A DNA stretch of 63,765 nt, filler included, from Octopus bimaculoides (lineage: Eukaryota): NCBI RefSeq assembly GCF_001194135.2. It is 5 parts of 5 records of this genome, joined end to end, with 100 filler letters (N's around TTAATTAATTAA, not from the genome) between each part and the next. Parts side by side here need not be neighbours in the genome. Positions count along the whole stretch, not along the records: positions 44,355 to 59,111 come from NC_068987.1; positions 59,212 to 61,782 come from NC_068996.1; positions 61,883 to 63,765 come from NC_068981.1; 2 more parts are not named here. One strand, 5' to 3'. The notes beneath the pieces are model-generated. The model was not told the DNA's origin, ran no database searches, and saw only the letters and a list, made by a program, of their open reading frames with translations. This document shows, one piece after another, positions 51,826-63,765 of the stretch; within the stretch, counting starts at the first letter, position 1; each line of letters opens with the position of its first letter. A program made the position numbers and the translations under genes.

Positions 51826-52118
51826 TGAGGCTAAAATATTGATTTTAAATTTTGGTCCAAAGCCAGAAAATTCAGGAAGGGGGTAACTGGATCCCCTTGA
51901 GCCCAGTGCGTAACTGGTACTTATTTTATCAATCCCCAAATGATGAAGGACAACGTGGACCTCGTCGGAATTTGAACTCAGAACATAGACATAGACGAAA
52001 TACCTCCAAGCATTTTGCCCGGCGTGCTAACTATTCTGCCGAAATGTTTGGGGAGGGGGCCAGTCGATTAAATCGAACCCAGTACGCAACTGGTACTTAA
52101 TTTATCGACCTTGAAAGT
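51826..52118 (-). mobile_element. Two adjacent SINE family A pieces (51826-52041 and 52047-52118)
   Basis: cccagtgcgtaactggtacttattt..cggaatttgaactcagaac..ggcgtgctaac.attctgcc; the second piece is gggagggggccagtcgattaaatcgaacccagtacgcaactggtacttaatttatcgac. Confidence 0.85.
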
Positions 52119-52144
52119 GTACTTTGTCTTCATTTCATTCAGAT

Positions 52145-52384
52145 TTATGAGCTTGTAGTGCAGCGCTTGATATTTCCCAGCATTAAACTGCATATTATTG
52201 TCTTCAGCCCACCTTTATATTGCGTCCAACTCCTGTTATAGGTGCGAAACACCTCCAGGGTTCCGTATTCTCTGAGATATATTTGTATGGTCTGCACAGC
52301 TAGCAAAGGTGGCTTTCGGAGCAGCTGATGGCATGTCTGAGGGACCAATATGAATAACAGTAGCCTGTGGGACACCACTCGCAT
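52145..52384 (-). pseudogene. CR1/L2-clade LINE reverse transcriptase fragment
   Basis: ASGVPQATV..SDMP..ASCADHTNI..QELDAI*RWAEDNNMQFNAGKY matches SGVPQG..YADDT..WxxxNxMxFN. Confidence 0.85.
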
Positions 52385-52912
52385 TTGCTAACGCATGTTT
52401 ACAATTATTTTTTAAATCAAATATTTCACCCTCATTTTTCTGTTTTTCGTTGTTTAATAATAAATACTAGAGATTGAAGTCTCGTAAGTCTCATCTATTG
52501 TTTTGACCGCAAGACTTTAAGCATTCTGAAGTCTGATTTCGTTGAGGGAAAGAAGCAGTTGGTAACAGTGAACATGTCTTCACATTTCTGCTATGGTATG
52601 ACGAGAGAAAGATTTTAGTAAAAGAATTGCTATCATTTTAAAGACAGAACAAGAACATAAGTGCTTGTATGCTTCTGTCTCAAACAGACAGAGCTGGGGT
52701 GTTGACTGGAACCTTTCACTGTAAATGATGTGATTGGAGGGATAGGGTCAGAGAAAATAATAGGGGACTCCAAAGGAACTGGGGATTTCTTTCGGGAGGG
52801 AAACCAGAAGGAAATAATTTTTCTCTGATTAGTGGAATATTCTACACACAAAATACACGTACGTACATACATACATACATATAGACAGTTATAAATATAT
52901 ATATATCCAGAC

Positions 52913-52953
<41 letters not shown>

Positions 52954-52985
52954 CACTTATGTATTTATATTTATGAATATCTATG

Positions 52986-53030
<45 letters not shown>

Positions 53031-53279
53031 ATACATAGATACGCATATACAGATGTACATATATATGCGTGTGTGTGTGTGTGTGTGCAGACCACAGATA
53101 CACGCATTACATTATAGGAGGAAAATCCGTTCCATATCCGCACAGTTGCACTTACGCACAGAGACACATAAATCTTGTGTGTGTGTGTAATTTCGTGTAT
53201 AAATGTGTATATTTGTGTGTGTGAACATGATGTATGAATTCTACATCTAATATATTCTCAATACACACACATGCAGAAA

Positions 53280-53324
<45 letters not shown>

Positions 53325-54032
53325 CAGTATGTGTATGTGCACATGTTAAAAAGACAAAACCGCTCGGTGTATAGGAATGTTTGTGCTATGGAAATGGGAT
53401 TTGCTTTCTTGAATAGAGAAAAGACATATATAATACGAAGATAGAAATGATTTATCGGTGAGTGTATATTCCTGTGCGTGTGTATAACTTGCAGTAGATA
53501 CATGTGTGTATAGATATCCGTGTGTATATGTATATATACCTGTTTGTATGTGTGTATCCGTATGTGTGTATCTGTATGTGTGTATCTGTATGTGTGTATC
53601 TGTATGTGTGTGTATCTGCGCATTTTAACCAGATTTTATTATTTTGGAATTTAATATCGTAAATGTATTGTGGACAAGAGCTGCTTAGGGATTAAAGAGA
53701 TTCTATAATTAATTGTATACATATACACACGGGCGCTAGCATCTGCACGTATTTATAGTTATATACACCTATGTACTTAGATGCTCACATACATTCAAAA
53801 ATACAGGCACACAAAGACACACACAAAGTATAAATACCTATATATATATCTGTGTTTATATATATATATATATATCTGTGTGTATATATATACATACATG
53901 TGTGTATTTCTATATGAACTTACATTCGAATTACTTTTTTTCTTCTGATTAAATGTATGTATAGATACGCACTTGTTGACATATAATCAATTAAGTGAAC
54001 GAATGTATACATAATATATATATGAATATGTT

Positions 54033-54084
<52 letters not shown>

Positions 54085-54416
54085 GGTACATTTATATATG
54101 CACTTATCTATGTATACATGTGTATATATAGGTAGGTATACTTATATGTACATATATGTATATATATGTATGTGTATATGCATGTATGTATATATGTATG
54201 TTTGTATGTATATATATATATATATATATACACATATATATATGTATACATATGTATATATACATATTGGGACTTGTTGACATATTATCAATTATTATCA
54301 ATTGCACTGAACAATAAGTATGTGTTTGCATACATTTATTTATTTACGCACGCACCCTTACATGTTTGCACGTGTGTGTACATACATACATACATACATA
54401 TCTATCTATCTATCTA

Positions 54417-54449
<33 letters not shown>

Positions 54450-54487
54450 GTGTCTGTCTGTCTATGTATGTATGTATNNNNNNNNNN

Positions 54488-54543
<56 letters not shown>

Positions 54544-55857
54544 CACTCATCTAATGATACTTGTTCCCTCTCTCCAATATATGGTATCCCCTATGAACTT
54601 CCCTTCGTGCGTGCATATATGTGTGTTCGTGTGTATATGTTTGTCTGAGGATCTGGATAACTATAAACTCGGTTACAATTGTTGTCTTTACACTTGCGTA
54701 ATACACGTATCTTTGGTGTTAAGTCGATCATTGGTGAACTCTCCTCCTGGATAGGCTACCAGGGAATGTAGAAAAATGTTTTCTATGCAGACCCATAACA
54801 ATGATTCCAACAATCAAATGGTCATCTGAGGAATAACAACTTCTGCAACTCCTTCACATGGTCTCCGGTCTCTCTCTTGCTCCCTCTCTCTCTCACTCTC
54901 CCTTTCTCTCTCTCTCTCTCTCTCTTGCTTTCACACACGCACACACACATACATATACACACGCACACGCACACAGACAGACACACATATCGGTTTGTGA
55001 TAAAGTAATTTAGTATTTTGTTAGAATCGATTTTAATGTAAGGCCCTGATTCCACTGATTGCTTAATTGATCCGTTTGACCGTATTTTTCGATTGATTGC
55101 TTATTAATTGTCATTGAACTGTGACATCATAATATCTTCAAAAGAAAACTTTCATCTGATATTTCGAAGCTGGTTCTAACATAAAGAAACCATTCTTTGA
55201 CACATTTCTTCACCCGACCCATTCCTTGCCAGAACATTAATCCTCTCAGATTCTCATTCGGCATTGTTTTCTTCTGCCAGTGTCAACTTAATAATGTTTA
55301 AGAGATATAACGACTGCATCGATGTTGCAGTGCCTTCTTTTAAAACAAAATACATTAAAAAAATGAGAACTCATACATAAGTATGTATGTATGTATGTAT
55401 GTATGTATGTATGTATGTATGTATGTATGTACGTACGTACGTACGTACGTATGTATGTATGTATGTATGTGTGCATATATATATTTATATATGTATATGT
55501 GTGTGTGTGTGTGTGCATATATATNNNNNNNNNNNNNNNNNNNNNNNNNNNNNNNNNNNNNNNNNNNNNNNNNNNNNNNNNNNNNNNNNNNNNNNNNNNN
55601 NNNNNNNNNNNNNNNNNNNNNNNNNNNNNNNNNNNNNNNNNNNNNNNNNNNNNNNNNNNNNNNNNNNNNNNNNNNNNNNNNNNNNNNNNNNNNNNNNNNN
55701 NNNNNNNNNNNNNNNNNNNNNNNNNNNNNNNNNNNNNNNNNNNNNNNNNNNNNNNNNNNNNNNNNNNNNNNNNNNNNNNNNNNNNNNNNNNNNNNNNNNN
55801 NNNNNNNNNNNNNNNNNNNNNNNNNNNNNNNNNNNNNNNNNNNNNNNNNNNNNNNNN

Positions 55858-55895
<38 letters not shown>

Positions 55896-55984
55896 TTTAT
55901 GTATCTATGTATATATGGAGAGCAAAAGATTATACGCACTCTTGTTTTTGAATGTACTTACACGAAAACTGGGGATAACCAGTA

Positions 55985-56392
55985 TATAGTCTATATAGTT
56001 TCCTTCGTTTTCGATTCTCTCGGCTTGCCTATTCCCCCCAAGAAGGTTTTCAGTGGGTGGTTCAACCATTTATGCCCCGCTTCCTTCACATCTTCATCCG
56101 TAAGAAATAGACGACTTCACAAACCATCTTTGAGCAGTCCAAAGATATGATAGTCGGAGGGGTGAAATCTGGGCTGTAGGCAGGGTGTTCCAGCTCCTCA
56201 AAACGTAATTGGTTAATGGTTTCAATGGTCTGGGCGGCCGTGTGTGGGCGTGCATTGTCATGCCCACACTTTCTTCGACAATCGGTTTCGGCATTTGGTG
56301 CGAATTGCTGGCTTCAGTTTGTTGGCCAGCAAATCACTGTATCTTGCACTGTTGATCGTACGCTCCTTTACCAGGTAGTGTCTAGGGAGAAT
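55985..56392 (-). pseudogene. Mariner transposase C-terminal fragment (DD34D)
   Basis: TINSARYSDLLANKLKPAIR..HDNARPHTAAQTIETINQLRFEELEHPAYSPD..DEDVKEAGHKWL. Confidence 0.9.
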
Positions 56393-57462
56393 CATATTGT
56401 CTTAATGTCTTATTATCTAACGAACTCAGCGGTTCGATTTTCATTCATTTATTATTTATATTTTTCTTCCAAAATTTTGTTTCCAACATATATGCTCCTA
56501 TATATATATTCATGTATACATACATATATGTATGTATAAGTATATATGTTTATGAAAGTGTGCATGCATATATGTATAAAAGAGATGTAATAAATTAACC
56601 CGAGTGTATTTCTTTGAACATAAATGCAAAATGTTGACTCTGATCTGAGTAACTCTTTGAATTCTTAAACGACTTTGGTAAGTATTGAATCTCTTTTAAT
56701 ATGCCGGCTGTTTGAAATAAATCTGCGACAGAGCTTCAATCGCTTTTTCTAGATACTTCTAAGGAGCCGCTGTTTCGAATACATGTTTTCCCCCAAAACC
56801 TAATCTCATCTGATTGGTAACTAACGAAATTGTGACAAAAATTTCACTTGTAAAACAGAAGCTTCAGACAGAAATCTAACAAGTTACTTGAGTGTCAGCT
56901 GTAACAGCAGCAAAATTTACTTCACGGGGACACCAGGTTTATAGCGGGTTAGGGTGCAGCTAGTGGGAGGTAAAACCCTTACAAATAGCAATAGCATATC
57001 CCTCAAATCAGACGCGTCCTTCCTACTGAAAGATAAAAGATGGTCGTCGCTGGAACGTTTTTAATCTTGCGTCAATTCATTCGGAACAGACCTGCGATTG
57101 AAGAGCAAGTCACCAAAACTCATAAAACGGCATTTGTTTTAAACCTTATTGGAATCATTAGTACACACATACACGTTCACAAACACAGACACAGACCCAC
57201 ACGTAAATACATACATTTTCACACAGGCACACGCACACACATATATATATATACATACATACATACATATATATACGTACACATACATACGTATATGTGT
57301 GTTTACATTTATGTACATATATGTGTGCCTGTATGTATGTTTGTATATAGTAATGTTTGCTTTTATGTTCAGCTATAATAAATACAAGTTTACGTTAATC
57401 TGAAGGATTACTCTATACTTCTGTTGAGTACAATTTATTAGTCTTTAACAAGAATAGTATTC

Positions 57463-57507
57463 ACAGCGACTTCGAAGTTTCGGTTAGGTATGCCATCATC
57501 GGACTGC
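57463..57507 (-). ncRNA. Type I hammerhead ribozyme motif (U4 to C substitution)
   Basis: GCAGT-CCGATGA-tggcatacctaacc-GAAAC-TTCGAA-GTC-GCTGT; 5-bp helix I (two G.U), 10-nt palindrome ACTTCGAAGT as helix III, GUC site. Confidence 0.6.
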
Positions 57508-58645
57508 AGTGTTTTTCAGTTAATCTTGTCTTTATATAGTCGCTGCTGAAACGATCCCTGGAGCTCTGTTGAATGGTAATTGGGAATGGTTATTGTATTA
57601 TTCATACCTATAAATGGATTTGTATATTTAGGTGTATCAGCTTCAGGTTATGCGATTGTTTTCTTAGGGTTCACAAAATGTTTGTATTTAGGAGAGGATT
57701 TTTGATCTGCGGATAAGTCACCAGTTTTAGCCCTTTGCTTTCAGAATGTAAAAGTCAAAGTTCAAGGTTTAGTCCAGCATTTAAAGTGTTGTAATTGGGT
57801 GTGACAGAACCTTCAGCAACGTAGAAATACGTGATGTGAATGAGTGGTCGCTATCTCTTAAGCAGAAACTTCAAAATAAGCGAGGGATACCTTCGTCAAG
57901 TTATCTTCAGTGGATCTTAAATATTCTGTTGAAAGTCATCTTAATTTGCTGCAATGTCACACACACACACAGAGTTACCTCACAAAAATTGTAGATATCT
58001 CACAATGAATCTCCTGCAGGGGACATTGTTAGATATGCCAGGAAACAGTCAATAAACCGAAACATAAGATTCAAATAAACGCACACAAAAAGGAGAAAAC
58101 AAAGAAAACACAACAAACAGTTTTCAAGTAAACAAATATATCATTTCTAAACAATACGAAAAGAGTGAAACAACGACAACTACAGTGTCAACAGGAATAT
58201 CGACAGAAAAAGCTTTCGAGACAATGATTTTCGTCTTTGCTAGATTAAAGTCAGTTTAGAAGAGAATTTCTCGTAGCTTGGTTTGGATGTATCCCAAAAG
58301 ATAAGTTACCTCCAGGGTTTCTAACTCTCTGGAAGTGACAAGTGAGTTAGTATAGCGGTGGACGGTGCCGAGGGAATGGTCAGTTTCTGAAATTGCAGCA
58401 TTTTACCAATTCCAGTCTTGTTTTGTTTTGAAGATACTGCGCATATAATGCAATGGGGTAAGACTTTCATATATGCATACATACATGCATGCATGCATAC
58501 ATACATATACACCTAAGCATACATATATACATACATGTGTGTTTATTATCTATCCTCTATCTGTATACATATCTATACAAGAATATATTACATGCATGTA
58601 TATACATTACATAGAAACATACAGACATACGTACATCAATATCTA

Positions 58646-58700
<55 letters not shown>

Positions 58701-58970
58701 TTATACACATATACAGGCACTCACTTGTGTCACTTCACTGGGTTTTCGACATTGCCGTACGGCCAGGCTGGGGCTATATTTTCTTGGGACTGTAATCATC
58801 CATTTTAATCTTAATATCTATTCCCGTCTCGTACTCATGTATTTGAATCTCATTTATTGAACTGTTTGGCTTTTCAAGAAGAGAAACTCACTACACATTA
58901 CACTGACAGACTACAATAGACATGAGCACAAACACGGACGCTGCAGACATGCACACCCGCATAATACATA

Positions 58971-59005
<35 letters not shown>

Positions 59006-59689
59006 CTGTGTGTCTGGGTGTGTGTGTGTGTGTGTGTGTGTGTACTTGTGTGTCTGGGTGTGTGTGTGTGTGTGTGGCGTCTGTAGGTGTTGGTGAGTGT
59101 GTACATAGAGANNNNNNNNNNNNNNNNNNNNNNNNNNNNNNNNNNNNNNNNNNNNTTAATTAATTAANNNNNNNNNNNNNNNNNNNNNNNNNNNNNNNNN
59201 NNNNNNNNNNNAAGTAAAGCTATATTTACTTACTTATTTCTAATTTTCAGTACACCATTTCGAAATATAAATTTGAGAGCGTTAGGATTAAATATGTACG
59301 CGATCAAGCGTCATCACATAACCGATGTTCAACCAACACTTCCCAAAATATACACCCAAAGTGAACACGTATTTATCCTCAACATCCACGTGTGTGGTAC
59401 AAGTAATCCCGCAGAAACTGCAGTTTTCGATCAGGGAGATGAGAAATAAGTAAGTAAATATAACTTTACTTTAATCTCGAAACGCGTATGTAGCTAATCT
59501 GAGTCGTGTGGATTCGTTATTTTTCCTTTTTGCCTACATGAAAAAGTGTTACTGTCTGGGAGATCTATGGTAGCAGAAAAGACATTTTAACTCCTATTTC
59601 TAAATTTGGTGTGTGGCGAAGCAATTAGCTGACTCCTGATTATAATTATGTTATAATCAGGCGTCATCTAATTGCTTCACTAATTGCTT

Positions 59690-59764
59690 TCGGGCCTGGA
59701 TAAATTAAGTACCAGTTGCGTACTGGGGTCGATCTAATCGACTGGCTCACTCCCCAAAATTTTG
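59690..59764 (+). mobile_element. SINE family A 3' fragment
   Basis: gataaattaagtaccagttgcgtactggggtcgatctaatcgactggc is nearly identical to 60090-60140. Confidence 0.8.
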
Positions 59765-59767
59765 AAT

Positions 59768-59828
<61 letters not shown>

Positions 59829-59975
59829 TAAAATCCAATACAAAAAAGCAAACTTCTCATAAGGGGGTGGAAACATCCAATTTTCACTCATCCAACTGGT
59901 TTACCCAATATAGTGAAAAAATTATTTCTGCAATACATATACAATACAATATACAAATAATAAAATGAAAATGGA

Positions 59976-60174
59976 AAGGCGGAGATCTGGCAGAAGCGTT
60001 AGCACGCCAGGCAAAGTGCTTAGCGTTATTACGTCTGTCTTCATGTTCTGAGTTCAAAGTCTGCTGAGGTCGACTTTTCCTTTCGGGCTCGATAAATTAA
60101 GTACCAGTTGCGTACTGGGGTCGATCTAATCGATTGGTTCCCTCCTCCAAAATCTTGTGCCTAAAGTAGAAAAG
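59976..60174 (+). mobile_element. SINE family A, full length with 17-bp TSD
   Basis: aataaaatgaaaatgga at 59959-59975 and 60175-60191; tRNA-like head, B-box-like gagttcaaa. Confidence 0.92.
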
Positions 60175-60181
60175 AATAAAA

Positions 60182-60574
60182 TGAAAATGGAGAGTTCAAA
60201 CAGACATATGTTAATTTAGTTACATAATATATTATTATTATTATTATTATTATTATATTTATATTAATGTTAATAATGTCTACAATTGTTTCGATTTAAA
60301 CCCAAAACCAATAACAAATTTATAAAAATTCATATTTTGAAAACTTTTGAGCAAAAATCTCATCATTGAAAAGCAGAATAAATATGGAATTTTTGTCCTG
60401 GTGAGATTTTTACGCAAAATTTTTCTAAATTATGAATTTTTATAAATTTGTTATTGGTTTTTGTTTTGAATCGAAACAGTTGTAGGGATTATTAATATTT
60501 ATGTTTATATTATCATAATAATATAATATTATGCTAATTTATTAATATATGTCTGTTTGAACTCTCCATTTTCA
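60182..60574. mobile_element. AT-rich foldback palindrome / MITE-like element
   Basis: tgaaaatggagagttcaaacagacatat ... atatgtctgtttgaactctccattttca; inner arms acaattgtttcgatttaaacccaaaaccaataacaaatttataaaaattcata and its complement. Confidence 0.8.
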
Positions 60575-61072
60575 CCCCTTTGAATGAACAACACATGGAA
60601 TCTGCATCTCCACACTTTCCATTTGCAATGACAAAATATGAACTCCTATTGGAATTTACATACCATGGACAAGAAGCATATCAACCATATATTTATATAT
60701 AAAGGATTCTGGAGAGAAAATGGTAGTCACCAGGTTGGGTTGGTTTGTAAGCACCACTTTTAGTTGGGTTAATATTCTGGGTCCTGAAGTAATCCAGTGA
60801 GATATTTAGGCTGTGCACAGAAGACAGAAAAGTACACCTCGGACTATGTAGAATCCTCGAACATCGGAATTTTGGGGGAAAACGATTGGATTCTATTTTG
60901 AGAACTGTTTTCCATCGCGAAGAAATGATAAGATAAATATTATAAGATAAATATATATGTTTATATATACTTTACCTTTTTATCTTTTACCGGTTTCGTG
61001 TAGAGGCTAAGGCCATGCTAAAGCATCGCCTTTCAGGATGTTTGGGTTCCTTTTCTGTGGAAAAGTATAAAA

Positions 61073-61125
<53 letters not shown>

Positions 61126-61444
61126 CATATACATACACACACACAGAGACACACGGTACAAGTGTCTAAACGTGTGTGTTTGATGACACGCGTGTGAAAT
61201 GCATTTATAAAAATGCAATTAGAAACAGCAACGAAAAAAAAAAAAGAAGTTTAACACGATTTCTGCACGAAACACAATGAAACACTCCTAAAGGTTATTT
61301 CTTGGCTCCTAGATTCACTCAGTGACGCTAAGCGGAAGCGAATTGATTTAACTAAACTTAGGCTTAAGAAAACTAGACATCATTTAAGACTACAATTACA
61401 TATCACAGTCATTCTTTGTAGTTATAGTCGCTGTTTTTATCGTT

Positions 61445-61460
61445 GTGGTGAGTGGTGTTT

Positions 61461-61492
<32 letters not shown>

Positions 61493-61720
61493 ATTTGTGA
61501 CGTTATTATTGTTTGTCTTGTTGACAATATTGCTATCGTTCTCTTTGTCGTTGGTGTTACCGATGTTGTTGTAATTGCTGCTTTTGATGTTATGATCGTT
61601 ACTGTTGTTAGCCTTGCAGTCGTTGTTGTTGCTATTGCTGTGGTGGTGGTGGTGGTGGTGGTCGCTGCTTCTAATGTTGTTGTTGTTGTTGGTAATGAGG
61701 TCGTCGAAAAAATACCCTAG
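61445..61720. repeat. Degenerate (GTT)n/(GGT)n microsatellite
   Basis: Directly visible. Confidence 0.9.
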
Positions 61721-62302
61721 TGGGGGGGTATGGTGACGGTGGCGCTAGTGGCGTTGACGGTGGTGGTGGTGGCGGCGGGGAGNNNNNNNNNNNNNNNNNN
61801 NNNNNNNNNNNNNNNNNNNNNNNNNNTTAATTAATTAANNNNNNNNNNNNNNNNNNNNNNNNNNNNNNNNNNNNNNNNNNNNTATATATAGATAGATAGA
61901 TATAGATATAGATATATACATATATATACATATGTGTGTGTGTGTGTGCATCTGTTTATATAGAGATGCGCTCCGACGTATCAATTGCTGGGTATTTCGG
62001 TAATTGATACATAAATATGTGAATTGACAGATTGATTTTCATAAGGTGAATGATAGATCGATAGAGTGATATTGATGGGCAAATAAACGTTTAGGTGTGT
62101 GTCCGTGTGTATCTGTGAGTGTATGACAGTTCGACTCGGTGTTCTAAGCGACACTCGGTACAGTTAACATTTATGTATGTGCATGTGCGTGTCTTTGCGT
62201 GTGCTTATAGATACATTCATACATACTTACACATACACACACAACCACACACATACAGAGAGAGATAAATATGGGTATTCATATTCTGTGTGTATATATA
62301 TG

Positions 62303-62343
<41 letters not shown>

Positions 62344-62454
62344 GCACACACACACACACACACACATGTAGCTGAGAAGCAAACTTCTTATACATAGCCA
62401 CACCTGCGCCTATACATACATACAGATAGATAGATAGATAAATTGATAGATAGG

Positions 62455-62490
<36 letters not shown>

Positions 62491-62796
62491 CAGGTGCTTG
62501 AAGGCTAATATCTTCTGCTGTTAGTTGCCCCAAAGCTAACAGAAAATGAGCGATGTGTACTGAAGTATGTTCCAACGGGACTAGTCTTTTTATAATCGAA
62601 TGCATTTCACTAATTTCGAAACAAGAGTTTTATGCAGATTGACCTACTGTGTGTATATAACACACATTCACGCACATTTGTAATATATATGTAATATGTA
62701 ATACATATGTAATATATAATACAAGTTTGCGCCTGCTTGTGAGAATGTACGTGCCCATATATGCATATATATATTATATATATATGTATATGTGTA

Positions 62797-62857
<61 letters not shown>

Positions 62858-63127
62858 ATGTGTGTGTTTATATGCATATATGTATGTGCATACACACATG
62901 GACACATATATACTTATAGGTAGATGCTCACACACTCGCACACCGACGCACTCTACTATTCATGCGTTATGCACCTAGTAAAGAATACGCACTACCTTCA
63001 AACATCCTGAAAGGTTTTAGCTGCTATGTCTAGAAGATAGAGCAACCGCAACGTAGAAACAAGTTTCAGTATTTGGCTAATAAAATGTTTATCTGTCTAG
63101 GCAAGTATATTCACAGGATATTTCTGT

Positions 63128-63232
<105 letters not shown>

Positions 63233-63454
63233 TACACACACGCATGTACATACAACCGACACCCCTTTCGTTATGCTTCTTAATTCAAATTACCGTCTGA
63301 ATCTCTCTGTCATACTTTATAACATGCGTTATATTGTATGTATATCTTAGGAAAATCTATAGGGATAAAATTCAAATGTTTATTCTGGTGCTGACATAAA
63401 TTTCTACGACTTAACAATGCGTTTATTGAAACCATATTGATTTCATGCTGTTAC

Positions 63455-63531
<77 letters not shown>

Positions 63532-63765
63532 GTGCTCTTCTCGTAGTTGGCGTTGTTGTCGGTGTCGTTATTATAACCATTTAGCCCTGACATCAATACG
63601 GACTGTACCGACCTCTGATCAAAGTCAATGCTGTACGTATGTACGTACGTACGTACGTACCTATGTATGTATGTATGTATGTATGTATGTATGTATGTAT
63701 GTATGTATGAACGGATGCATGTATGTATGTATGTGTCTTTGTATATATATATATATATATATATA

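Noticed and set aside
12337-60174. tRNA genes suggested by A/B-box-like sequences
   Set aside because: The heads continue into SINE bodies and lack a complete cloverleaf/acceptor stem.
25659-61882. Four TTAATTAATTAA motifs (overlapping PacI-like palindromes) centred in N runs
   Set aside because: Identical 44N+12+44N structure marks artificial scaffold joins. Adjacency and distance across these points are not reliable.

Overview
AT-rich, microsatellite-saturated animal genomic DNA from a gapped short-read scaffold (18 N-gaps, four 100-bp N44-TTAATTAATTAA-N44 join spacers, two Illumina adapter remnants). The SINE families and repeat landscape look like octopus (inference from recalled repeat sequences, not a database search). 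No multi-exon host gene or real tRNA/rRNA gene is recognisable; the window reads as intergenic or deep-intronic. Most long ORFs in the track are artefacts of microsatellites or N-runs. Supportable content: five decayed Tc1/mariner-superfamily elements plus several foldback/MITE elements; remnants of Penelope-like (GIY-YIG and RT), Tx1/L1, R4/Dong, CR1 and RTE retroelements; and about 20 tRNA-derived SINE copies. The main hidden signal is a set of minimal type I hammerhead-ribozyme motifs with palindromic helix III. Five are well formed and several are decayed, and one lies at the 3' end of a tRNA-headed SINE-like element. Other notable items are a MITE with an 8-bp TSD whose centre is an inverted (CCCTAA)n(TTAGGG)n array, a mariner with two 5' ends, a Tx1 element sitting inside (TTA)n repeats, and a candidate 9-nt microexon.
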